A program made the translations under genes and the position numbers. Positions 39,768 to 48,373 of a DNA stretch of 64,000 bases are shown here, piece after piece. Source of the stretch: an uncultured bacterium (GTDB lineage Bacteria; Actinomycetota; Acidimicrobiia; Spongiisociales; UBA5794); the NCBI GenBank assembly GCA_963801165.1, contig CAWDDT010000006.1:480001-544000 (forward strand), read 5' to 3'. Numbering within the stretch: position 1 is the first letter of the stretch; each line of letters begins with the position of its first letter. The notes beneath the pieces were generated by a model. That model saw only the letters and a list, made by a program, of their open reading frames with translations. It searched no databases and was not told where the DNA came from.

Positions 39768-40669
39768 CTATTGGTTTCCAGTCAGTTGTTTTGCTCGTTG
39801 TTGGGCATGGTAGGTGTCCTCGAATTCGGTCGGGGGGACGTCGTTGAGGTAGCTGTGGATCCGCTGGGTGTTATACCAATGGATCCAGCCCAAGGTAGCG
39901 AGTTCGACGTCTTCGATGCTGCGCCACGGGCCATGATCCGGTCCGTAGATCAGCTCGGCTTTGTAGAGACTGTTGACGGACTCGGCGAGTGCGTTGTCAT
40001 ACGAATCACCGACCGTCCCGATCGATGGCACCGCTCCGATCTCGTCAAGGCGTTCCCGTAGCGGATACTGGTGAATTGGCTGCCGGCATCGGAATGAGCA
40101 ACGAGCCCTTCAAGACGGGTGCCTCGGGCGAAACGGGCCATCTCTAAAGCGTCGAGGACCATCTGGGTTCTCATATTCGAAGCGACCCGCCACCCGACGA
40201 TGTGGCGGGAGAACGCATCGATGATGAAACACACATACCCAACACCTTGCCAGGTCGGGACATAGGTCAGGTCCGTCACCCACAGCCGGTTCGGCCGGTC
40301 GGCTGTGAAGTCCCGCTCCACCAGATCCGGGGATCTCTCAGCAGCAGGATCAGATTTGGTGGTGCGAACCCGGCGACGACGTGACACACCCTGAATATCG
40401 AGGGCTTTCATGAGACGTCCGACCTGGTCACGGCCAATCGTATGGCCGTCACGTAACGCAGCCTTCCACAGTTTGCGGACCCCATACACCGAGTAGTTCG
40501 CCTGAAACAGCGCCAACAAGACCGGCATCATCACCGCATCCCTGATCGCACGAGCCGACGGTATCCGAGACTTGTTCTCGTAATACGTTGACGGGGCCAC
40601 CTGCAACGTCGCACAGATAGGCTCGACCCCAAAGTCGTCACGATTCTCGTCAATGAACTGCACCATCAC
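39768..40669 (-). pseudogene. IS3 transposase OrfB (DDE), frameshifted near 40056
   Basis: WVTDLTYV, IDAFSR, HSDAGSQF in one frame, then GDSYDNALAES in another; one G appears missing in GGG(G)AACGC. Confidence 0.88.
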
Positions 40670-40699
40670 CTCTGTGGGCGGTCGAGCTAATGGCAGCAG

Positions 40700-40880
40700 T
40701 GAGCCGGCCTTTTGGGGCAGGATTCATCCGGCGGCCATCGGGTCAGCACTAGGTCGAGTGGCACTTTGAGTACTTGGCGGAGATCGTGCGCCCGGTGGCT
40801 GTCGAGAGACGTGGATGGCTGGTGGGATGACGTGCCATAGAGCACTGGGCCATTAGCGAGCCGCATCGTCTCTTGCGCCA
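40700..40880 (+). ncRNA. IS110 bridge RNA (5' hairpin, target-binding loop, donor-binding loop)
   Basis: Guide segments GGTCGAG 40752-40758, GGCGGAG 40776-40782, GGTGGGATGAC 40821-40831 and GCCATTAG 40849-40856 match the target and donor junctions and sit in two stem-flanked internal loops; exact RNA ends are approximate. Confidence 0.88.
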
Positions 40881-40903
40881 ACTTAACCGAACGGAGGAAG
40901 CCT

Positions 40904-42122
40904 ATGCGTTCAGTGTTCGTCGGTCACGATTGGGCCGAAGACCATCACGACATCCACATCGAGAACAGTGAAGGTGAGCGGCTTCATGCTTGCCGCCTCG
41001 ACGACGGGCTCGAAGGCGTCCGACGTCTGCATTCAGTACTCGCAGAACTCGCCGATGACCCGTCGCAGGTCGTGATTGCCACCGAGACCGACCGTGGGTT
41101 GTTCATCACCGCCATGATCGCCGCCGGCTATCAGGTGATCGCGATCAACCCCATGTCGACGGCCCGTTACCGACGAACGCCGGTCAACATCCGGTGCCAA
41201 GTCCGACCGAGGCGATGCGCAGACCCTCGCCGAGGTCGCACGCCTCGACAGCCACAACCACCGGCTCCTAGAACCCGACAGCGACCTTGCTGACGCGATC
41301 AAACACACCGCCAGGGCGCACCAGAACCTGATCTGGACTCGCCAACGCCAGCTCAACCAGCTCCGCTCGGTCCTACGCGAGTTTTTCCCCGCCGCGCTGG
41401 CGACCTTCCCCGAACTGGCACACAGCGACTGCCTCGCCACCCTTGCGGTCGCTCCTTCACCAGCAGCAGTCCACAGCCTGAGCACCGTCCGGATCGCAGC
41501 CGCGCTCCGCCGCGGGGGAACCAAACGCGGCGCCGATGCCAAAGCCGCGACGATCCGGCAAAACCTGCGAGCCGATCAGCTCCGAGCCCCCAAACAGCTC
41601 GAGGCAGCAATGAGCTCCCATGTCACCGCCCTTGTCGCTGTCGCCACCGAACTCTCCCAACAGATCAACCGGCTAGAAACCGAACTCACCGAACTACTCG
41701 ACCAGCACCCCCACGCCAAGATCCTCCAATCGATACCCGGGCTCGGCACCAAACTCGCCGCCCGGCTCCTCGGTGAGTTCGGAGACGCCCCCGACCGCTT
41801 CACCGACGCCCGCAGCCGCAAGAACTATGCCGGCACCTCACCCATCACCAAAGCATCAGGTCGCAGCCACATCGTCATCGCCCGTCGCATCCGCAACACC
41901 CGCCTCGCCGACGCCTGCCACCAATGGGCCTTCGCCAGCCTCTCCCACAGCCCCGGCGCCCGCACGTTCTATGACCAACGCCGAAACCGAGGAGACAGCC
42001 ACAACCGCGCACTAAGAGCCCTATCAAACCGGCTCGTCGGCATCGCTCACGGCTGCCTCACACACCAAACCCCCTACGACGAACACACCGCCTGGGGACA
42101 CCGCTACAACCTCGTCACTTGA
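40904..42122 (+). pseudogene. IS110 DEDD recombinase/transposase with a +1 frameshift near 41173
   Basis: VGHDW, ATETDRG, INP, then KSDRGDA in the shifted frame, SIPGLG, AGTSPITKASG; GGAGG RBS. Confidence 0.88.
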
Positions 42123-42144
42123 CTTTTCTCCGGGTGGGATGTCT

Positions 42145-42463
42145 CCGCCGCAAAGAAAGCCGAAGCCCGCTTCAAAATCTCGTTCGCTCGACGTAACTCC
42201 CGGTTCTCCTGCTCAAGCTTCTTCATCTTGACTCGCTCCGCAGAAGTGATGCCCGCAACACCCCCAGCATCAATCTCAGCTTGGGCCACCCAACGGCGCA
42301 CCGACTCAGAGCCGTAACCCAACTGGTCAGCGACCCGAACCACCGTCCCCTGCGACTCCCCAAGTTCCTCACGAAGCTGGAAAACAAGACGAACCGCCCC
42401 ATCCTTCTCCTCCTTCGTATACCGCCGTATGGTCGGCTTCCCCGGTGATAACTCTCTCGACAT
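42145..42463 (-). pseudogene. IS3 OrfA, split at its C-terminus by the IS110 (last codons at 40666-40686)
   Basis: RRYTKEEK...ESVRRWV...LEQENRELRRANEILKRASAFFAAE. Confidence 0.9.
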
Positions 42464-42516
42464 GGCTCTCATCCTTCCACACTCGAGAGTCTCCAAGAAT
42501 CCCAGGGCGAACCACA

Positions 42517-42755
42517 ACCCCCCACTCCAAATCCTTCGGATTGTCGCCCCTATCCGAGTGCCGATAGACATCTACCAGCCGATCCATCGACCAACACGAC
42601 GCAGCCTGATAATGCGCCACCTGGCGTCGCTGCGCTTTGAGTACCCGCACCAAATCAAACGGAGAAACATGCTCAAAATCCAACGACTCCAACACCCGAG
42701 CCAACACAGCCCCAGGCGTGACGTCCTCCAGATTCTCAGAAATAGAAACGAACAT
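42517..42755 (-). pseudogene. 5' remnant of a DUF222 (REP13E12-like) gene truncated by the IS3
   Basis: MFVSISENL...PGAVLARVL...LVRVLKAQRRQVAHYQA, with the SOS box overlapping the start as is typical of this family; family call is from recollection. Confidence 0.6.
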
Positions 42756-42784
42756 ACGTTCGATCATACCGGAGGCCACCGACA
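42749..42784 (-). promoter_or_regulatory. RecA-NDp (PafBC-type) promoter plus LexA SOS box
   Basis: TGTCGG-N10-TATGAT (42784-42763), directly followed by the palindrome CGAACGTATGTTCG (42762-42749). Confidence 0.85.
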
Positions 42785-42789
42785 AGAAC

Positions 42790-43038
42790 CAGACGATCGA
42801 CCCAACCGGGAAGGTCAGCGGCGGTGAGGGACGAAGGAAGCTCGTCCCACGCTGCTCCTCTAGCTCCCCACGATACGGGCACGTCCTTGCCACCCTCGGA
42901 TCGCCACGCCGGGTGAAGTAGGCGAACGTACGCATCGAACCCTTCGGGGACCACCGAGCCAACGTCTACACCGAAATCGTGAAACCGGTCGGCCACCCAC
43001 CGGGCCGGGCTCAGGTCGTTCTGCAGGTCGAAGCCCAT
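42790..43038 (-). pseudogene. Truncated hypothetical gene (5' part only)
   Basis: MGFDLQNDLSPARWV...VGSVVPEGFDAYVRLLHPA looks like a real N-terminus, then the frame runs into the DUF222 promoter. Confidence 0.45.
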
Positions 43039-43139
43039 TACTACCCCAGAAAGTCGGCGAGGTCGAACGACATCTACGCGCCGACGCATGCTGCGACGGC
43101 TGCAGACAACTCCCTGGATCCGTACGCTACCGTGCCCGC

Positions 43140-43919
43140 ATGGATTCCAAGAGACCCGCCGTCATAATCGGCATGGGAGAGATGGGCGGCTCATTCGCCC
43201 GCGGGTTGCTCGGCCTCGGCCACACCGTCGTTCCCGTACTTCGCAACACAAACCCGGACGATGTCGCCGCCGAGTACCGGCAGCCACTGCTCGCATTGGT
43301 AACCGTCGGCGAGGCCGATCTCGACGACGCCCTGGCTGAGCTCCCGGCGTCCTGGAAGGGCAATGCCGGGCTCGTGCAGAACGAGCTCCTCCCCCGCAGC
43401 TGGCGCCCCCACGACATCACAAACCCGACAGTGGCCGTCGTCTGGTTCGAAAAAAAGCCGGGCAAGGCGGAGTCCCCGATCATCCCGACGCCGATCTACG
43501 GACCACGCGCCGCAACGCTGGTCGCTGCGCTCGGCATCATCGACGTGCCTGCATTCCTGATCGACGACCATGCCGAGTTGCTGTATGAGCTGGTCCGCAA
43601 GAACGTCTACATCCTGACCGTGAACATCGGCGGTCTGATCTCGGGCGGCACGGTGCACGACCTCTGGTACAACCACAGGACGTTGGCCGAGCAAGTCGCC
43701 ACAGAGGTGATCGACGTACAGGAGTCGCTCGTCGCCGCTACGCTCGATCGCGACCGGCTCCTGGCCGGATTGGTCGAGGCAATCGATGCCGATCCGGGAC
43801 ACGGGTCGACGGGAAGGAGCGCCCCGGCTCGTCTTGCCCGAGCCATCACCCATGCCGAGCGGGCCGGACTCGGCGTTCCCCGGCTTCGGGAGATCGCTGC
43901 CGGGCGCCGGGACACATGA
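43140..43919 (+). CDS. Rossmann-fold protein of unknown function
   Basis: IIGMGEMG nucleotide-binding motif; QNELLP. Confidence 0.7.
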   Translation: MDSKRPAVIIGMGEMGGSFARGLLGLGHTVVPVLRNTNPDDVAAEYRQPLLALVTVGEADLDDALAELPASWKGNAGLVQNELLPRSWRPHDITNPTVAVVWFEKKPGKAESPIIPTPIYGPRAATLVAALGIIDVPAFLIDDHAELLYELVRKNVYILTVNIGGLISGGTVHDLWYNHRTLAEQVATEVIDVQESLVAATLDRDRLLAGLVEAIDADPGHGSTGRSAPARLARAITHAERAGLGVPRLREIAAGRRDT

Positions 43920-43922
43920 CGC

Positions 43923-44411
43923 TCAGCTCAGATACTTTTCCCAGGCGGGGTCGGGCTCCGTGCCGATCGCAACCAGGACCCACGAGTGGCGCCGGGGTAC
44001 CCCGGGTTTGCGGAGCAGGCTCATCCCGGCCTGTTCCGGAGTCCTGCCACCCTTCTTGGTGTTACATCGTCGGCAGCTGGCCACGACGTTCTCCCAGGTG
44101 TGGGTGCCACCCTGGGTCTTGGGAACGACGTGGTCGATGTTCTCTGCTGCCCTGTCGCAGTACTGGCAGCGGTTGGAGTCCCGCATGAAGACCGCCCGCC
44201 GGTTGAGGGGGACACGGCGGGCATAGGGAACTCTGACGAACTGGCGCAGCCTGATTACAGACGGCGACACCATGTCTATTCGCTCGCTCCGCCACACCTT
44301 GCCGTTCGACACGACCACGTCAGCGCGGTTGCGCAGCACCAGCACGACCGCTCTTCTCACCGGCACCACCGAGAGCGGCTCATACGAAGCATTGAGCACC
44401 AGCGCTTTCAT
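43923..44411 (-). CDS. HNH endonuclease (McrA-like, common actinobacterial type)
   Basis: LVLNASYEP, RD..RCQYC, IDHVVP, WENVVASCRRCN..KG. Confidence 0.92.
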   Translation of the reverse strand: MKALVLNASYEPLSVVPVRRAVVLVLRNRADVVVSNGKVWRSERIDMVSPSVIRLRQFVRVPYARRVPLNRRAVFMRDSNRCQYCDRAAENIDHVVPKTQGGTHTWENVVASCRRCNTKKGGRTPEQAGMSLLRKPGVPRRHSWVLVAIGTEPDPAWEKYLS

Positions 44412-44550
44412 GGACGGCAGGCTACCAGTGGCACCGACAAACGCCGCCATTGTGCGCAACGCCGCACGACCACCACCGCTTTCCGTGGGTCGTTGACCAC
44501 ATTGAGTGACCATGCCAAACTGACGAGAACGCGAAAACGAACACATCTAC

Positions 44551-45093
44551 TTGGAGAGGCATGTCTTGAGGGTCGTCGGATACATCCGCGAGGTGTCACC
44601 AACCGGGGAGCCCGCATTCGCCCAGCAGGAGAAGATCCGGCGCTGGGTGGGCGTGAACGGGCACCGGCTGGTTGCCCAATGTCAGGACGTCCAGACCCCG
44701 GGCCACCCGGTTGGCCGGGAAGGGCTCCAGTCAATCATCGGTATCATCTCGGCGGGTCAGGTCGACGCGGTGGTGGTGCCATCACTCGATACGTTCGCCA
44801 CCGACAAGATCGCCCAGGAGGTGATCATGTGGGAGCTGCGCTCCAGCGGGATCACCCTGCTCTCGACGGACACCCTTGACGTGAGCGAGCTGGCAGATCC
44901 GCCCGCCGACGATCTGCGTGCGCTCATCCGCCACGTTCTCGACAAGCAGGAGCGTTTCGAGTCGATCCTCAGCCTCCCCGTCGCCGAACGGGAACAGCCA
45001 AGTGTTGTCCGTATCGATGACGCCCGGGATGTCGTCGTCGAACTCATCCCGCCCGAAACGGCGCCGCCCAGCCTGGTACAGCCGGCTCGTTGA
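44551..45093 (+). CDS. Serine-resolvase-like catalytic-domain protein, probably inactive
   Basis: VVGYIRE, REGL, VDAVVVPSLD follow the resolvase pattern, but RVS and DRLxR are altered and there is no HTH. Confidence 0.65.
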   Translation: MERHVLRVVGYIREVSPTGEPAFAQQEKIRRWVGVNGHRLVAQCQDVQTPGHPVGREGLQSIIGIISAGQVDAVVVPSLDTFATDKIAQEVIMWELRSSGITLLSTDTLDVSELADPPADDLRALIRHVLDKQERFESILSLPVAEREQPSVVRIDDARDVVVELIPPETAPPSLVQPAR

Positions 45094-45186
45094 TCGACGC
45101 TAGGTCTCGCGCCGATTGGCGACGAGCTAATCGTTCGATCCGACATTCTGCAACCGCGGCTCGAGACGGCAACCGCGGACCAAGGA

Positions 45187-45807
45187 TCAGACGTGGTTTT
45201 CTAGGGCCTTCCATGTCGCCTGAGCCAGCGCGTAGGGTCTCCCACCGAGCTGGATCGCCGATCCGCTGGCCACGATCTCACCCGATCGCAACAGCACCGT
45301 AACCACGCGGTTGTCCTCGAAATTCGCCTCGGTGACGCCGAGCAGAGCCACCCCGGTCCGGCCGGCCAACTCGGCGACCGTCGCCACGAGCGCCTCGTCG
45401 ATGGCTCCAGCGCTGTCGGCGATGGTGCGAGTGGCATACGCCCCGCCCGCCGCCTTTACCTCCACGCGAATTTCGTTTGCGTTCTCCTCGACGGTCACAC
45501 TGTCGGGACGGCGTGCCCGCTCCACTACGCCTGCGGCTAGCTCCTCGGCGTACGAGCCTACGACCGGGAAGTCGACAACAGAACCCGCCCCCGGAGGTGG
45601 CGGCGGACCGCCGTGTTCCGAGTCCCGTTCTCCGGCAGTAGCCCGCATGCCGTGCTCGCGTAGGATCCTTCGCACCGCGGCTCCGACGGCCGAGGCGTCG
45701 GCTCCCTCGGCCAGTTGCACCCGCACACCGGCGATGCCGTGCTCGTCTTCGATCTCGGCACCCGCTATGCCCGGGACCGCAAGCAACTCCTGCTGTAGGG
45801 CGACCAT
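45187..45807 (-). CDS. Hypothetical protein
   Basis: Open frame with typical codon usage, coupled to the upstream gene by a TGATG overlap. Confidence 0.65.
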   Translation of the reverse strand: MVALQQELLAVPGIAGAEIEDEHGIAGVRVQLAEGADASAVGAAVRRILREHGMRATAGERDSEHGGPPPPPGAGSVVDFPVVGSYAEELAAGVVERARRPDSVTVEENANEIRVEVKAAGGAYATRTIADSAGAIDEALVATVAELAGRTGVALLGVTEANFEDNRVVTVLLRSGEIVASGSAIQLGGRPYALAQATWKALENHV

Positions 45808-46061
45808 CACAGCCTCCTCAACGCACGATGCTGCCGCTTCCTCCATTCGAGATAATGGATCAGCTCCTCGGGCCGCAGCGGGCTGGTCGACTCACCGTGA
45901 GCTGTGAAGAGACGCCAATCCGTGTAGGCGGGATCGGGAATCGGGACGAATGGGGGGTGTCGCCACCAACCGGAGCGGGCGACGGCGCCCATGGTACGCA
46001 ACGCCTCCGCCCACAGACCGGGTCGTCGGGCCACTGCCATGACCAGCTGCCACGAGATCAT
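45807..46061 (-). CDS. Small hypothetical protein
   Basis: Protein-like sequence (GWWRHPPFVPIPDPAY), coupled to the next gene. Confidence 0.65.
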   Translation of the reverse strand: MISWQLVMAVARRPGLWAEALRTMGAVARSGWWRHPPFVPIPDPAYTDWRLFTAHGESTSPLRPEELIHYLEWRKRQHRALRRL

Positions 46062-46106
46062 GGAACGATCGTAACCGGGTGCACGTTGTGAACAACGTAT
46101 TGCGAT

Positions 46107-46164
46107 ATACGTCTACGTTCACGAAATACATACTACGTCCACGAAATACATCTACGTTCACGAA
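46107..46164. repeat. Three imperfect 19-20-bp direct repeats (ATACATCTACGTTCACGAA) in a divergent promoter region
   Basis: Copies at 46107, 46126 and 46146. Confidence 0.9.
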
Positions 46165-46190
46165 ACATCGCACTCACTGATATTCTGCCA

Positions 46191-47189
46191 GTGCCGCTGC
46201 CGGAGGAAGGAAAACTAGTGACGGTATCTGCTGACGACCTGCAATGGTTCGGCAAGAATTTTGACGCGATCGTTGACAACATCGAGACCGTTATCCAGGG
46301 TAAGCGCCGAACCGTACAGCTGGCAACGATCTGCCTGCTCGCCAAGGGCCACGCCCTGATCGAAGACGTGCCTGGAGTCGGCAAGACACTGCTCGCTCGC
46401 TCGCTCGCCCGCTCGATCGACTGCAGCTTCCAGCGCATCCAGTTCACCCCCGACCTCCTTCCGTCAGATGTAACCGGGGTCTCGGTCTGGGATCGAGAGT
46501 CGGGGCATTTCGTATTCCGAGCCGGGCCCGTGTTCGCCAATGTGGTCCTGGGCGACGAGATCAACCGGGCAAGCCCTAAGACCCAGTCGGCGTTGCTCGA
46601 GGCAATGGAGGAACGGCAGGTGACCGTCGATGCGGTCACCCGTCCGCTCGAACCGCCCTTCATGGTGATCGCCACGCAGAACCCGATCGAGCACGAGGGC
46701 ACATACCCGCTTCCGGAGGCGCAGCTCGACAGGTTCATGATGCGGCTCGCCATGGGGTACCCGGCGCGGGACAAGGAGCTCGAAATGCTCGAGGCTCACG
46801 GCCAGCACTCCACCCTCGACGATCTCGAGCCTGTCGTCGATGCCGCAGACGTAACCCGGATGATCGACATCGCATCATCTGTATTCGTAGCCGACGCCAT
46901 CCGCTCCTACCTGGTCGATCTCGCCGACGCCACCCGCGGCGAGCCCGACCTACTGCTGGGGGCTTCGCCCCGGGCCACGCTGCACCTCCAACGCGCCGCG
47001 CGGACCGCCGCGGCAACCCAGGGCCGCGACTACGTAACCCCGGACGATGTCAAGACCATGCTGCATCCCGTCCTCAACCACCGTCTCATCCTCCAGCCGG
47101 AGGCACAGATGCGCGGCGCGGGTATCCAAGGCATCATCGATACGATCAGCGGCCGGGTCGGCGTCCCCGGTGCCCGCACCCCCGTCTGA
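46191..47189 (+). CDS. MoxR-family AAA+ ATPase
   Basis: EDVPGVGKT, RIQFTPDLLPSD, DEINRA, ATQNP, PLPEAQLDRF. Confidence 0.95.
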   Translation: MPLPEEGKLVTVSADDLQWFGKNFDAIVDNIETVIQGKRRTVQLATICLLAKGHALIEDVPGVGKTLLARSLARSIDCSFQRIQFTPDLLPSDVTGVSVWDRESGHFVFRAGPVFANVVLGDEINRASPKTQSALLEAMEERQVTVDAVTRPLEPPFMVIATQNPIEHEGTYPLPEAQLDRFMMRLAMGYPARDKELEMLEAHGQHSTLDDLEPVVDAADVTRMIDIASSVFVADAIRSYLVDLADATRGEPDLLLGASPRATLHLQRAARTAAATQGRDYVTPDDVKTMLHPVLNHRLILQPEAQMRGAGIQGIIDTISGRVGVPGARTPV

Positions 47190-48373
47190 TGCCGACACTG
47201 CGAGGCTGGGCAGCATTAGGAGCGGCCTTCGCTCTCACCGTGTTGTGGATCGGCTTTGGCGAGCAGCTCCTGATCGCCGCCGCTCTCTTCCTCCTTGTCG
47301 CCGTCGTGTTCGGGATCCTCTACGTCCGCAGCAGCGCACCGCGGGCACGACTCACCCGACGCATCGCGCCTCTTCAGGTCCACGATGGGGAGCGAGCCAT
47401 AGTCGAGCTGTCGCTCGTGTCCAGCCGCCGGCTCTATGCGGCCATCGTCGAAGACGTCGTCCACAGTCTCGGGACCGCCTCCTTCGTCGCCGAGCGGGTC
47501 GACGAGCAGGAGCCGATGACCGCACGCTACGAGGTTCTGTGCAAGCCACGAGGGGTGTACAAGGTGGGTCCGGCCGTGCTCCGGGTCCGTGACCCCATGG
47601 CCCTGGCGGAGTCGCTGAGCACCGGGAGACGAGCGGATCGGCTCGTCGTGTACCCGCAGGTCGAGGATCTGAGGGGCCTACCCGTGGTTCGGGGTCAGGA
47701 CCCAAACGTCAATTCGGCTCGGGCCAACTTCTCACACAGCCGGGGCGACGACTTTTTCACGCTGCGCGAGTACCAGCTCGGTGACGACCTGCGAAGGGTT
47801 CACTGGCCCGCATCGGCCCACCGCGACGAGCTGATGATCAAGCAGCTCGAGATGCCATGGCAGTCGCGGGCGCTCGTGCTTCTCGACGTCCGGGCTCAGG
47901 CGTACGCCACACCCGAGTCGTTCGAGCATGCGGTCCGGGGTGCTGCATCGGTCGTCCGCCACCTCTACCGCCAGGGCTTCAGCCCCACTCTGTGGAGCGG
48001 CCAGGCGCGCAGCGTCACGATATCCAACAGCCAGGCGTACGATCTGGGGATGGAGGGACTGGCGACGGTGCAGCCAAACCAGGAGATCGACCTCGCCGCA
48101 ACCATCGGCAGGCTGCGACGTGAGGGTATGGCCGGTGGGGCACTCGTTCTGGTGACCGGTGTCCTCGACTCCGGGGGTGTCTCTGTGTTCAAGACATTGG
48201 GCAGGGATTATTACAAGACGATCGTGATGACGGTCTCCGAGCGGGAAAACGATTCGCTCCACCAGGTGCAGCGCGCCGGGGCCGTGGCAGTCACGTCCGG
48301 GCCTGCGTCGAAGTGGGCACCGGCGTGGCGAGATGCAATGGAGAAGACGTGGTCTACCGCTTCAGCTGGTTAG
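47189..48373 (+). CDS. DUF58 domain protein
   Basis: LREYQLGDDLRRVHWPASA; follows moxR. Confidence 0.92.
   Translation: MPTLRGWAALGAAFALTVLWIGFGEQLLIAAALFLLVAVVFGILYVRSSAPRARLTRRIAPLQVHDGERAIVELSLVSSRRLYAAIVEDVVHSLGTASFVAERVDEQEPMTARYEVLCKPRGVYKVGPAVLRVRDPMALAESLSTGRRADRLVVYPQVEDLRGLPVVRGQDPNVNSARANFSHSRGDDFFTLREYQLGDDLRRVHWPASAHRDELMIKQLEMPWQSRALVLLDVRAQAYATPESFEHAVRGAASVVRHLYRQGFSPTLWSGQARSVTISNSQAYDLGMEGLATVQPNQEIDLAATIGRLRREGMAGGALVLVTGVLDSGGVSVFKTLGRDYYKTIVMTVSERENDSLHQVQRAGAVAVTSGPASKWAPAWRDAMEKTWSTASAG

Larger units (their letters stand above)
40687..42144 (+). mobile_element. IS110-family element flanked by a duplicated CT core
   Basis: Removing 40689-42144 restores the IS3 sequence GGTCGAG-CT-CCGCCG (orfA ...AAELDRPQR*); about 215-bp non-coding left end, 20-bp right end, no terminal IRs. 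Confidence 0.95.
39735..42516 (-). mobile_element. IS3-family element (about 1326 bp without the insert), interrupted by an IS110
   Basis: Imperfect terminal IRs TGTGGTTCGCCCTGGGATTCTTGGAGACTC / TCTGGTGCGCACTGGGTTTGTTGGAGGCTC; orfA and orfB inside; no target duplication visible. Confidence 0.93.

Noticed and set aside
42104-42571. 155-aa ORF as an intact IS3 OrfA
   Set aside because: Its N-terminus crosses the IS end and its C-terminus (TSHPEKSQVTRL) is read from the IS110 right end; true OrfA starts at 42463 and is split.
43923-44411. HNH as an RNA-guided (IscB/Cas9-like) or defence nuclease
   Set aside because: No RuvC or PLMP motifs and no adjacent array or ncRNA space; it matches a common stand-alone actinobacterial HNH type.
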